This document shows, piece by piece, positions 56,278-64,000 of a stretch of DNA of 64,000 nt. The notes under the pieces are model-generated. The model was not told the origin of the DNA and did not search any database. It saw nothing but the letters and a program-made list of their open reading frames with translations. The DNA is taken from NCBI GenBank assembly GCA_913046155.1, contig CAJWRY010000001.1, positions 25,366-89,365 on the forward strand. Reading direction: 5' to 3'. How positions within the stretch are numbered: the stretch's first letter is position 1; each line of letters opens with the position of its first letter. Both the position numbers and the translations under genes were made by a program. The stretch comes from an uncultured Candidatus Nemicrothrix sp. Lineage in GTDB: Bacteria; Actinomycetota; Acidimicrobiia; Acidimicrobiales; UBA8592.

Positions 56278-56868
56278 TTAGCTAGAAATCATCTGACTAG
56301 TCGCAAGTTTTTCGCCCATATCAGCTACAAGTACATTAATTATGTAGTCCATGCTGTCTTTGGTTGAGATGGGAAGTGTTAGTTGCCCGTTCTGATGCAG
56401 TGCTGAATACCCCGAAATAGCCGAGAGCACAAGTCTGCCCCAATGGATAATCACCAACTCATCAATGCCAGCATCATGAAGTATCTTGTGCATCGGGTAA
56501 TTAACGTCTTCGATGGCTTCTAGAATTTGAGCGTCGGTACCTGGTGGATAAATTGACGCCGAAAATTCAGCTGGGTGCGTGAGAGCGAAGTCGAATTGTG
56601 CATGAAGAACTGATCGCACAGCATCAATACCGGCGACACCCATAGCTGCTTGGCTTAAGCGCTGGGCAAGTTTTTGTAAGCTTCGTAACGCAATCTCTCG
56701 CTCAAGTCCTTTTGCGCCGTCCACATGAGCGTAGAGTGATTGCACTCGAATGCCTAAACGTGCGGCAACAGCTGTCATTGTCACTGCTTGCACATTCTGC
56801 GTCTCTCCGAGTAATTCATAGGCGGTGTCTATAACATCAGTTTTTGAAATTCCGATACGGGCAGCCAT
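56278..56868 (-). CDS. TetR/AcrR family regulator
   Basis: VTMTAVAARLGIRVQSLYAHV HTH; AGAGG RBS before ATG 56868. Confidence 0.9.
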   Translation of the reverse strand: MAARIGISKTDVIDTAYELLGETQNVQAVTMTAVAARLGIRVQSLYAHVDGAKGLEREIALRSLQKLAQRLSQAAMGVAGIDAVRSVLHAQFDFALTHPAEFSASIYPPGTDAQILEAIEDVNYPMHKILHDAGIDELVIIHWGRLVLSAISGYSALHQNGQLTLPISTKDSMDYIINVLVADMGEKLATSQMISS

Positions 56869-56895
56869 TTTTCCTCTATTCAGGTTGCTATTCGT

Positions 56896-56934
56896 GTCTA
56901 AATATATCAGACTTATATCTAATGTCATTAGATA
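56896..56934. promoter_or_regulatory. Tandem putative TetR operators TCTAA-N5-TYAGA
   Basis: GTCTAA-ATATA-TCAGAC (56896-56912) and perfect 9-bp inverted repeat TATCTAATG-T-CATTAGATA (56916-56934), cores 21 bp apart, between tetR and the divergent operon. Confidence 0.7.
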
Positions 56935-57968
56935 CGCCTCAAATCTTTAAAATACCTGATAGTTCCGAAAGAGAACTGCAAGACCTATTCCTTGAAAAGG
57001 GTTGGGGTGATGGACTTCCGATGGTCGCCCCTACACGTGATCGCGTTGAAGAAATGCTAAGTGCATCAAAAGATCTTGATCCGGATGAAGTCATTGCGTC
57101 ACTTCCGCCTCGTGACGGCATAGCAACCAGACGAATCATTGCAGTAAATGCTGTTATGGCTGGCTGCAAGCCCGAGCACTTCCCTGTCCTTGTTTCAGCT
57201 ATTCGTGCACTGAGTGCGCCAGAGATTAACCTGCGGGGCGTGAACGCAACCACGCATTGCGTTGCGCCATTACTCATTGTGCATGGCAAAGCCGCTAGGG
57301 ATGGGGATTACAATAGCGGTCTGGGGGCGTTCGGACCAGGAAATCTCGCCAACGCAACCACTGGTAGAGCCGTACGCTTAATTCTCCATCATGTCGCAGG
57401 AGCCACACCAGGTACCGGCGATGCCTCCACACAGGGAAGCCCAGCTAAATATTCCTATTGCGTAGCCGAAAATCTTGATTCATCTCCATGGGGTGGTTAT
57501 GCAAGAAGTGTCGGCATTAACGATGAATCTGCTGTGACGATCCATTGTGGAGAGGCTCCGCACAATGTGCATGATATGGAATCATCAGAGCCCTCAGCCA
57601 TCCTTGACAAAGTGGCGTCAACGATGACGTCATGGGGGCAAAATAACGCACCGATAAGCCAAGGCGAATACTTTATCGCTCTCTGCCCAGAACACGCCTC
57701 AACATGCTCTTCACATGGATGGAGCAGATCCGATATAGCGTCTTACTTATTCAACAAAGCTACGGTGAACGTCGGAGAAGCTCGAAAAGCGTTTGAATTA
57801 CGAGCATGGGCGCCATGGCAACATGCACTTGAAGATACCGACACCATTTCAATGACGGAGAAACCAGAGAATATCAAAATCTTTGTAACCGGTGGGGCTG
57901 GCAAACACAGTTGCATTATCCCTAGCTGGGGCATGACCAAAAGTGTGACCGTCCCGATATTACCCTGA
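56922..57968 (+). CDS. Conserved hypothetical protein, partner of the UGSC (seleno)protein
   Basis: GWGDGLP.VAPT..RV..ML, IAVNAVMAGC.P, GPGN.ANAT.GRA.RL, C.AEN...SPW, GGAG.HS; start ATG 56922 avoids overlap with tetR. Confidence 0.75.
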   Translation: MSLDTPQIFKIPDSSERELQDLFLEKGWGDGLPMVAPTRDRVEEMLSASKDLDPDEVIASLPPRDGIATRRIIAVNAVMAGCKPEHFPVLVSAIRALSAPEINLRGVNATTHCVAPLLIVHGKAARDGDYNSGLGAFGPGNLANATTGRAVRLILHHVAGATPGTGDASTQGSPAKYSYCVAENLDSSPWGGYARSVGINDESAVTIHCGEAPHNVHDMESSEPSAILDKVASTMTSWGQNNAPISQGEYFIALCPEHASTCSSHGWSRSDIASYLFNKATVNVGEARKAFELRAWAPWQHALEDTDTISMTEKPENIKIFVTGGAGKHSCIIPSWGMTKSVTVPILP

Positions 57969-57975
57969 AGGAGAA

Positions 57976-58503
57976 ATGATGGAAATTTATGCACCTACTG
58001 GAAACACAGGAGAGCCACAAAGATCTCTCGCTGCCCCTATCCCAGTATTGAATGGGTTGTCGCTGGGAATTCTTGATAACACGAAACCCAACGCAAGAGT
58101 CCTACTTGATCGGCTTGCTGAACGACTCACGGAACGCGTTGGTCTCACATTAGCGAAAGCAGAAGTCAAAAACGCCGCTCTAGCTGCCCCTGATCAGGTT
58201 CTGGAGTCCCTCTCAAAGGAGGTGCAAGTTGTCTTGACGGCTTCAGCCGATTGAGGGAGTTGTACCTCATGGAGTGTCCATGATGCTGTTCAACTTGAGA
58301 AATCAGGAATACCCACAGTGGTAATTACAACTGAGAGTTTCAGGAAGCTTACCGAACAGGTTGCGGCATCATTGGGTCATGCCGATCTTCGAATCCTTTC
58401 GGTTGGTCACCCGTTGGGTGGCACGAGTGAAGAAATTGTGCGTCAATGGGCAGATGACGCTGTTGAAGAAACCATTAATCTGCTGACTGGAGAACGAATA
58501 TGA
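57976..58503 (+). CDS. UGSC-family selenoprotein (UxxC), 175 aa, Sec at TGA 58252-58254
   Basis: Track ORFs 57976..58254 and 58318..58503 are in frame; read-through VLTASAD-U-GSCTSWSVHDAVQLEKSGIPTVVI...HPLGG; ends in ATGA overlap with next gene. Confidence 0.92.
58258..58295 (+). promoter_or_regulatory. SECIS-like hairpin of the UGSC gene
   Basis: Perfect TCATGGA-[GTG]-TCCATGA (58267-58283), loop 19 nt after UGA and starting with G; lower stem AGTTG/CAACT. Confidence 0.72.
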
Positions 58504-59315
58504 GTATCCCGATTAATCTGGAAGACCAAAAGGCTCTGGTCACCGGCGCTGGTGCTGGAATCGGGCGAGAGATTGCTATCTGGTTGGCGAAGGCTGGCGC
58601 CACAGTTGTTGTCAATGATTTAGTTCCCGAACGAGCCGAATCAGTAGCCAGAGAGATCACAGAAAACGGAAGTGAGGCTTTTGCGATTCCGGCTGATTGT
58701 CGGGATGATACTGCGGTAGATCAGTTAGTGAACCAAAGTCTTGACATCATGGGCGGCCTCAGTATCGCCGTCAATAATGTCGGTATGCTTCCACCAAATA
58801 GAGGCTTAAAGTCCTTTGTTGAATATAACGGGGACGACTGGCGTGACATCATTGACCAGAATTTGACCCTCTCCGCACTCTGTGGCCGAGCAGAAGCCGA
58901 AGTGATGTCAAGAAATGGAGGTGGTGTCATCATCTTTGTGTCATCGGGAGAAACTACACGCCCATCCCCCTATAACTCCGCCTACGCAGCGTCAAAGGCG
59001 GCTATTAACCATCTAGTTACTTCAATGGCAGTTGAGCTGGGTCCAGCCGGCATACGCGTTTTAGGGATTGCACCTGGCACAACACTAACAGAGACGGTTG
59101 CGGCAGCGTTTACAGAAGACCGAATAAAACAACTCGTTGCCTCGACACCGTTACGCAAAATGGTGGATCATGACGAACTTGCAAGACTGGTAGTTTTTTT
59201 AGCAAGCGACCTTGCCCGATGCATCACCGGACAATTCATAATGACTGACGCAGGAGCATTCCTATCTAGAACCCGCCCAGGAAACCTCGAAGGGATCCGA
59301 GGCAATGACACCTGA
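58500..59315 (+). CDS. SDR family oxidoreductase
   Basis: TGAGAGIG, NNVG, YAASK. Confidence 0.92.
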   Translation: MSIPINLEDQKALVTGAGAGIGREIAIWLAKAGATVVVNDLVPERAESVAREITENGSEAFAIPADCRDDTAVDQLVNQSLDIMGGLSIAVNNVGMLPPNRGLKSFVEYNGDDWRDIIDQNLTLSALCGRAEAEVMSRNGGGVIIFVSSGETTRPSPYNSAYAASKAAINHLVTSMAVELGPAGIRVLGIAPGTTLTETVAAAFTEDRIKQLVASTPLRKMVDHDELARLVVFLASDLARCITGQFIMTDAGAFLSRTRPGNLEGIRGNDT

Positions 59316-59550
59316 AATAGCTGAACAGCTAAAAAATACGCTGACAACTTTGGTAGAGCAGGATGGTGGCTCTATCGAGCTCGTACAGTTCACAAATGAC
59401 AGTATGGAATTTAATTTACTACTAGATAGTGCGGAGTGCGCTGAGTGTATCATGCCCAAACAGTTCCTTGAAGAAGTCTTCCTTGCCCAAGCTCAGACAA
59501 TTTATGATAATTTACGATCGGTTCTAATTAACGATCCCCGAAAGGATTAG
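59305..59550 (+). CDS. NifU C-terminal-like small protein (CxxC)
   Basis: LVEQDGGSIELV...CAECIMP. Confidence 0.65.
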   Translation: MTPEIAEQLKNTLTTLVEQDGGSIELVQFTNDSMEFNLLLDSAECAECIMPKQFLEEVFLAQAQTIYDNLRSVLINDPRKD

Positions 59551-59558
59551 ATTCTGCA

Positions 59559-61133
59559 ATGCTTGAATCGCCGAAAAATGTTGCTGTCGTATTGTTGGAT
59601 TCACTAAACAGGCATCTTTTGGGTTGTTACGGAGGTAAAGAGTTCTCCACTCCCAATATTGATCGCTTCGCATCCCAACAGGCAGTTCGATTCACAAATC
59701 ATGTCACCGGTTCACTTCCCTGCATGCCAGCACGTCATGATATTCTATGCGGTGCATTGGATTTCTTATGGAGACCTTGGGGGTCAATTGAAATCTGGGA
59801 ACAACCAATCACTGCTGTTCTGCGAGGGCAGGGCGTCACATCCTATTTAGCTACCGATCATCCTCATCTCTTTGAAGCCGGTGGAGAAAATTACCACACC
59901 GAATTTAGCGGCTGGCAATACGTGCGTGGACACGAAGGTGACTTGTGGCGAACATACAATGACCCGTCATGGATGGGTTCACCGGCAATGCCTGCGCGAC
60001 CGGGTGGCTGGTTTTGGTCCCGTTACGGCATTGACACACCTGCCAGAGGATATGACAGATCTCGAACATTCTTCAGAACTGAAGATGATTATCCTGGCCC
60101 ACAAACAATGAAAGACGCTGAGCGGTTCCTTCGGAAAGCGTCACCACATCATGAGCGTTGGTTTCTGTTCGTTGATGAATTTGACCCTCACGAACCCTTT
60201 GACACTCCCCCACCATGGTCCGGCATGTATTTTGATGAACCGTGGAATGATGAATGGATTATCTGGCCGCCATATATTGATGGCGGCATTACAGGTGGAG
60301 TGATTACAGAGAAGGAGGGTCGGCATATACGTGCTAATTATGGTGCGAAGCTCTCAATGATTGATCACTGGTTCGGTCGCATCCTTGACACCTTTGATGA
60401 TATGAACTTATGGAAAGATACGGCGCTCATTGTTTGCACAGATCATGGGCATTATCTCGGTGATGAGAGAGATGGACGAGATATTTGGGGGAAACCAGGA
60501 GTACCTCAATATGAACCGTTGGGGCATACTCCCCTTTTGGTCTCCTGGCCCGGTGTTGACGGCGGCGCAACAATTGACTCTTTGACTACCAACGTTGACC
60601 TGTTCGCCACATTAGCTGATGTCTTTGATGTTCAGGTTGGCCACCGTACTCATGGAACCTCTTTAAAGCCATTACTTGAAAACACCAATTCGTCCATCAG
60701 GGATTGGGCAATTGGTGGTGTCTGGGGTAACTGGGTGCAGATAACAGACGGCAACCATAAGTACGCACGGTCAGCTGTTGAAAGCAATTATCCGATTTCT
60801 ATCTACTCCAACAGATGGTCAACAATGCCTATTCATGTCAATGGCATTGTGGGCATGCCTCCCCCCGATCGGCGCGCTTACCTTGACACAATGCCTGGCA
60901 CGGATATACCGGTACTTCGACAACCTTTTGAATACGGAGACCGAATGCCTATCTGGGCTTTCGGGGATCGGGCAGTCGGCAAGCATTACCTATTTGATAT
61001 CGCCACAGACCCCAATGAGCAGGAAAACCGAATCGGCGAGAAAGAAGAAGCTGAAATGATTGAACTTCTTCGGGTAGCTTTGACGGAGCTGGAAGCACCG
61101 TCAGATCAATTTGAGAGAATCGGCTTACGTTAG
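59559..61133 (+). CDS. Sulfatase (formylglycine type)
   Basis: LLDSLN, CMPAR (CxPxR), FDPHEPF, TDHGHYLG, WGK. Confidence 0.92.
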   Translation: MLESPKNVAVVLLDSLNRHLLGCYGGKEFSTPNIDRFASQQAVRFTNHVTGSLPCMPARHDILCGALDFLWRPWGSIEIWEQPITAVLRGQGVTSYLATDHPHLFEAGGENYHTEFSGWQYVRGHEGDLWRTYNDPSWMGSPAMPARPGGWFWSRYGIDTPARGYDRSRTFFRTEDDYPGPQTMKDAERFLRKASPHHERWFLFVDEFDPHEPFDTPPPWSGMYFDEPWNDEWIIWPPYIDGGITGGVITEKEGRHIRANYGAKLSMIDHWFGRILDTFDDMNLWKDTALIVCTDHGHYLGDERDGRDIWGKPGVPQYEPLGHTPLLVSWPGVDGGATIDSLTTNVDLFATLADVFDVQVGHRTHGTSLKPLLENTNSSIRDWAIGGVWGNWVQITDGNHKYARSAVESNYPISIYSNRWSTMPIHVNGIVGMPPPDRRAYLDTMPGTDIPVLRQPFEYGDRMPIWAFGDRAVGKHYLFDIATDPNEQENRIGEKEEAEMIELLRVALTELEAPSDQFERIGLR

Positions 61134-62170
61134 CTACCTTTACCGTTTGGGTATACAGCTATTCGTGTGTGGCGTTCAGTATCAGTAGATTCCGCAAACG
61201 CTTCTACAGCTCCATCAAGATTGACGTGCCCAGTCTGCCAGCAACTCACATCTATTGCCCCAGAAGCCAACGCCGCTAAGGAGTTGGTGTAATCATCGCC
61301 GATAGGGGAACCGCCAAATTGGACGTTGATGCCTTTTGTGTGGGCGGAAGCGGTGAAGAGTACGTCATCATCAAGGTTTTGGCCTGCGACAATAATCCGG
61401 GAAGACCATGGGGCCGTAATGAGTATTTCGTTAAGTACGCCGGGAGCGCCAACACATTCAACAACGACACAACGCGATCCCACAGGAACGCTTGTTGCCC
61501 AAATATCCATGGGGTTTTCAGCATTTGGGTCTACGACTACATCAGCTCCCATATTTTCAGCTGATTTACGCCTGAATGGGGAAGGATCGGAGGCAATTAC
61601 CGGTCCTACTCCTTGCGCTTTTAACGCTGCGACTACAGCGAGCCCTATAGCGCCACAACCTACGATTAAAGGAACTTCGCCTTCTTGAAGGTTTGCTATT
61701 CGAGCATATTGAATTCCTACTGAGAGTGGTTCCATTAACGCTGCCGTTTCCGTCGGCATAGATTCGGGAACCTTTTGAACAACTTGTTCGCTCAGCGCCA
61801 GATACTCTCCAAACCCTCCCGGATACTCATTGGAGTATCCGAGTACGGCAAAACCATCAGGTCCGAACACAACAGGTTGAGAAACTACCCTATCCCCGAT
61901 ACGAAGGTCTTCGGATACGGATTCACCAAGTTCGACGATTTCGCCGCAGAATTCATGACCCAAAACAATGTCCTTCTGAGGATTAAAGTTAAACGGCCCT
62001 CCGAATTCTTGAGACCATTCTGATAACCGTTTCGCATTATGCACCATATGCAAATCACTGGCACAGATACAGCAACATAAGGATTTCACTATGATCTGAC
62101 CGGCTTTTACAATTGGGTCAGGAAACTCATCAACACGCAATTCGCCAGCACGTAGTAGTAATGCTTTCAT
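61130..62170 (-). CDS. Zinc-binding (MDR) dehydrogenase
   Basis: ICASDLH, GHEFCG, GGFGEY, GCGAIG; no structural-Zn Cys cluster. Confidence 0.9.
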   Translation of the reverse strand: MKALLLRAGELRVDEFPDPIVKAGQIIVKSLCCCICASDLHMVHNAKRLSEWSQEFGGPFNFNPQKDIVLGHEFCGEIVELGESVSEDLRIGDRVVSQPVVFGPDGFAVLGYSNEYPGGFGEYLALSEQVVQKVPESMPTETAALMEPLSVGIQYARIANLQEGEVPLIVGCGAIGLAVVAALKAQGVGPVIASDPSPFRRKSAENMGADVVVDPNAENPMDIWATSVPVGSRCVVVECVGAPGVLNEILITAPWSSRIIVAGQNLDDDVLFTASAHTKGINVQFGGSPIGDDYTNSLAALASGAIDVSCWQTGHVNLDGAVEAFAESTDTERHTRIAVYPNGKGS

Positions 62171-62278
62171 GAGCCCTCCGTATCCTCAACATTAACCCTT
62201 AATACGAAGATAGTGAAAGTGCCTAATGATCAATTGCGCATGCATGATAGTTGATGGAGAATAGATACGGAGATTGTT

Positions 62279-63061
62279 ATGAGCAAGTTGAAGAACTTAT
62301 CTGTTGAGGGAACGGTGATATTAGTCACCGGCGGCACTTCAGGAATCGGGAGAGTAGTAACTACGACTTTATGCGCTCAAGGAGCCTCAGTCGTGTTTAC
62401 TGGCCGAAACGAAACCGAAGGCAACGCCATCAACACCGAGCTTAGGGGCGAGGGGTCCGATTGCCATTTCGTCTCCGCCGACCTTAGGGAAGAAGGCGGC
62501 ATAACACGAGTCATTGATAAATGTCTATCAACATATGGACGGTTGGATGTTGCATTCAATAACGCAGGAATCTTTGATAACTCAGCATTATTTCACGAGT
62601 ACAAAGATGAAGATTGGGAACTGATGATTGCATCAAACCTCACCTCAATTTTTCGGTGCATGAAGGCTGAATTAGAAGTGATGATAAAGCAGGGCGAGGG
62701 GGTCATCATCAATAATGCTTCCGTAGTTGGCCACCGTGCGACCGAACGAGCAACACCTGGATATGTCGCTAGCAAACATGGTGTTATTGGTCTAACCAGA
62801 CAAGCGGCACTTCAATATGCCAATGCGGGTATTCGAGTGAACTCTATTTCTCCTGGCCCAACATTCACCGAAATCCAACAACCCCTCGTTGACCAGGGGC
62901 CTGATGCTGTAGCCGATCACGTTGGCACATTGAATCCGCGCGCTCAATTTATTTCACCGGAAGAGATAGCCGATGTTGTTCTCTTTTTGGCAGGATCCGC
63001 ACCGGATATGCTCACGGGGCAAGACATAGCTATTGACGGCGGACAGTTGTACAAGTTATGA
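62279..63061 (+). CDS. SDR family oxidoreductase
   Basis: TGGTSGIG, AFNNAG, YVASKHG. Confidence 0.92.
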   Translation: MSKLKNLSVEGTVILVTGGTSGIGRVVTTTLCAQGASVVFTGRNETEGNAINTELRGEGSDCHFVSADLREEGGITRVIDKCLSTYGRLDVAFNNAGIFDNSALFHEYKDEDWELMIASNLTSIFRCMKAELEVMIKQGEGVIINNASVVGHRATERATPGYVASKHGVIGLTRQAALQYANAGIRVNSISPGPTFTEIQQPLVDQGPDAVADHVGTLNPRAQFISPEEIADVVLFLAGSAPDMLTGQDIAIDGGQLYKL

Positions 63062-63070
63062 GGAGGATAA

Positions 63071-63586
63071 TTGACTACACCTAATTGGTTGGGATCAATA
63101 AAGCAAACCGCATTCGTCACCCACGACATTGAAGCGACCGCCCAGGAATGGGTTGATATCCATGGAATTGGCCCATGGTTTATCTACACCGTTGATATTC
63201 CCGACACGAAATACGGAGAACAGTTAATTCCGCTGAAGGCGCGCATGGCCTTAGCGCAAAGTGGTTCCCAGCAAATTGAACTAATTGAACCATCAGAAAA
63301 TCCCTCTATCTATACAGAATTCATTGACGCAGGAAAAGAGGGCATCCACCATATTTGTTACTGGGCCAACATTGATGACGCCCGAACACACTTCAACTCA
63401 ATTGGATATGAAGAAGCCCAATATGGGGTGACAAGTAACGGAAACGAATTTTTATACGTCTATGGTTCACAAGACATACCCTTTATTGAGATCGTTGACC
63501 CAAACGAATCAATGTCTGCGTTTTTTGCTCTCGTTGCACAGAGCGCTCAAGACTGGGACGGGTCAGACCCTATACGGTTTTTATAA
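63071..63586 (+). CDS. VOC/glyoxalase family protein
   Basis: Q.AFV..DIE...W....GIGPW, IELIEP...SIY.EF...G.EGIHH. Confidence 0.87.
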   Translation: MTTPNWLGSIKQTAFVTHDIEATAQEWVDIHGIGPWFIYTVDIPDTKYGEQLIPLKARMALAQSGSQQIELIEPSENPSIYTEFIDAGKEGIHHICYWANIDDARTHFNSIGYEEAQYGVTSNGNEFLYVYGSQDIPFIEIVDPNESMSAFFALVAQSAQDWDGSDPIRFL

Positions 63587-64000
63587 TGGACCCAATCATA
63601 AAAGTTGAAGCTATACAAGATATAACCCTAATGCTTCATGAACAGGCACGTCTCGCTGACCTAAACCGACCTGAGGAGCAGGTTCTCTGTTTCACCGAAG
63701 ATGTTGTCGCCGACTATTACGGAGAGCCACTGCACGGCAGGGATGCTATCTATGCATTGCTAGTTCCTGCCCTTAAACGCTGGATTGCCAGTAGCCACAG
63801 CATCAGCAATGTCCAAATCGAGGTAGTTGATGAGAAGTCAGCCCGATCCGTTTCCTATGTACATGCATGGCACCGAATTAACGAAACAGGCGTAGGTGAT
63901 TACGAAGTAAGAGGGCAATACCATGACGAGTGGTCTCTCACCCAAGAAGGATGGAGAATCAATAAACGAATTTTCCTCACCATGGGTGCCACTCCTCCCC
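63586..64000 (+). CDS. SnoaL/NTF2-like protein, 3'-truncated by window (not in ORF track)
   Basis: Open frame from ATG 63586 (TAATG overlap): CFTEDV...GRDAI...H.ISN...GQYHDEW...GWRI..R. Confidence 0.85.
   Translation, partial: MDPIIKVEAIQDITLMLHEQARLADLNRPEEQVLCFTEDVVADYYGEPLHGRDAIYALLVPALKRWIASSHSISNVQIEVVDEKSARSVSYVHAWHRINETGVGDYEVRGQYHDEWSLTQEGWRINKRIFLTMGATPP

Noticed and set aside
2169-58503. Calling the four TGA-interrupted genes pseudogenes or separate small ORFs
   Set aside because: Each has a single stop, always TGA, always at the redox Cys, with intact downstream motifs. Four independent nonsense mutations of this kind are implausible.
639-63129. Numerous 60-175 aa ORFs overlapping larger genes, and over-extended starts (e.g. 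21975, 33034, 37341, 54691, 56844, 56928)
   Set aside because: Antisense or alternate-frame shadows without motifs; starts were trimmed using RBS, coupling and overlap evidence.
1-64000. Genome-wide reassignment of UGA (genetic code 4 or 25) as the explanation for the in-frame TGAs
   Set aside because: Many genes end at TGA at natural C-termini, often in ATGA/GTGA overlaps (5036, 14926, 16853, 32902, 34816, 49382, 58500). Long ORFs are otherwise uninterrupted, and internal TGAs occur only at Cys-equivalent sites.
56278-64000. Possibly higher GC at the right end, suggesting a horizontally acquired block
   Set aside because: Spot counts were inconsistent, and I saw no integrase, tRNA or flanking repeats; this needs a sliding-window GC and codon-usage computation.
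1-64000. CRISPR arrays, tRNA/rRNA (including tRNA-Sec), IS elements, prophage
   Set aside because: None seen by eye. Intergenic gaps are short and lack periodic repeats or cloverleaf motifs; a tRNAscan-SE/Infernal run would be needed to exclude small RNAs formally.

Overview
64 kb of gene-dense bacterial chromosome with moderate GC (mid-40s % by eye). It is most consistent with a marine-type Actinomycetota (Acidimicrobiia-like) genome; this is inferred from two LLM F420-dependent enzymes, leaderless TANNNT-N6-7-ATG promoters and steroid-type acyl-CoA dehydrogenases. Most genes serve lipid, terpenoid or aromatic oxidation: 7 P450-fold genes, 3 ferredoxins, a Rieske oxygenase, 3 CoA ligases, 3 acyl-CoA dehydrogenases, 7 SDRs, 2 CoA transferases, 2 PhyH dioxygenases and a sulfatase. 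A few housekeeping genes are interspersed (cspA, cysQ, coaE, glnS, thrH, bcp, SNF2). I recognised no rRNA, tRNA, CRISPR array or mobile element. The main hidden signal is four genes that the ORF track splits or misses because of an in-frame TGA sitting at a catalytic Cys position. Each TGA is followed by a SECIS-like hairpin, so these are predicted selenoproteins: two AhpD/CMD-like CxxU proteins, an ArsC-type arsenate reductase, and a UGSC protein. The UGSC gene lies in a probable TetR-controlled operon with an SDR, a NifU-like protein and a sulfatase. Also notable are an intact P450-fold gene lacking the heme-ligating Cys, coupled to a Cys-containing paralog, and a trio of atypical P450s in an uncharacterised oxidative cluster.
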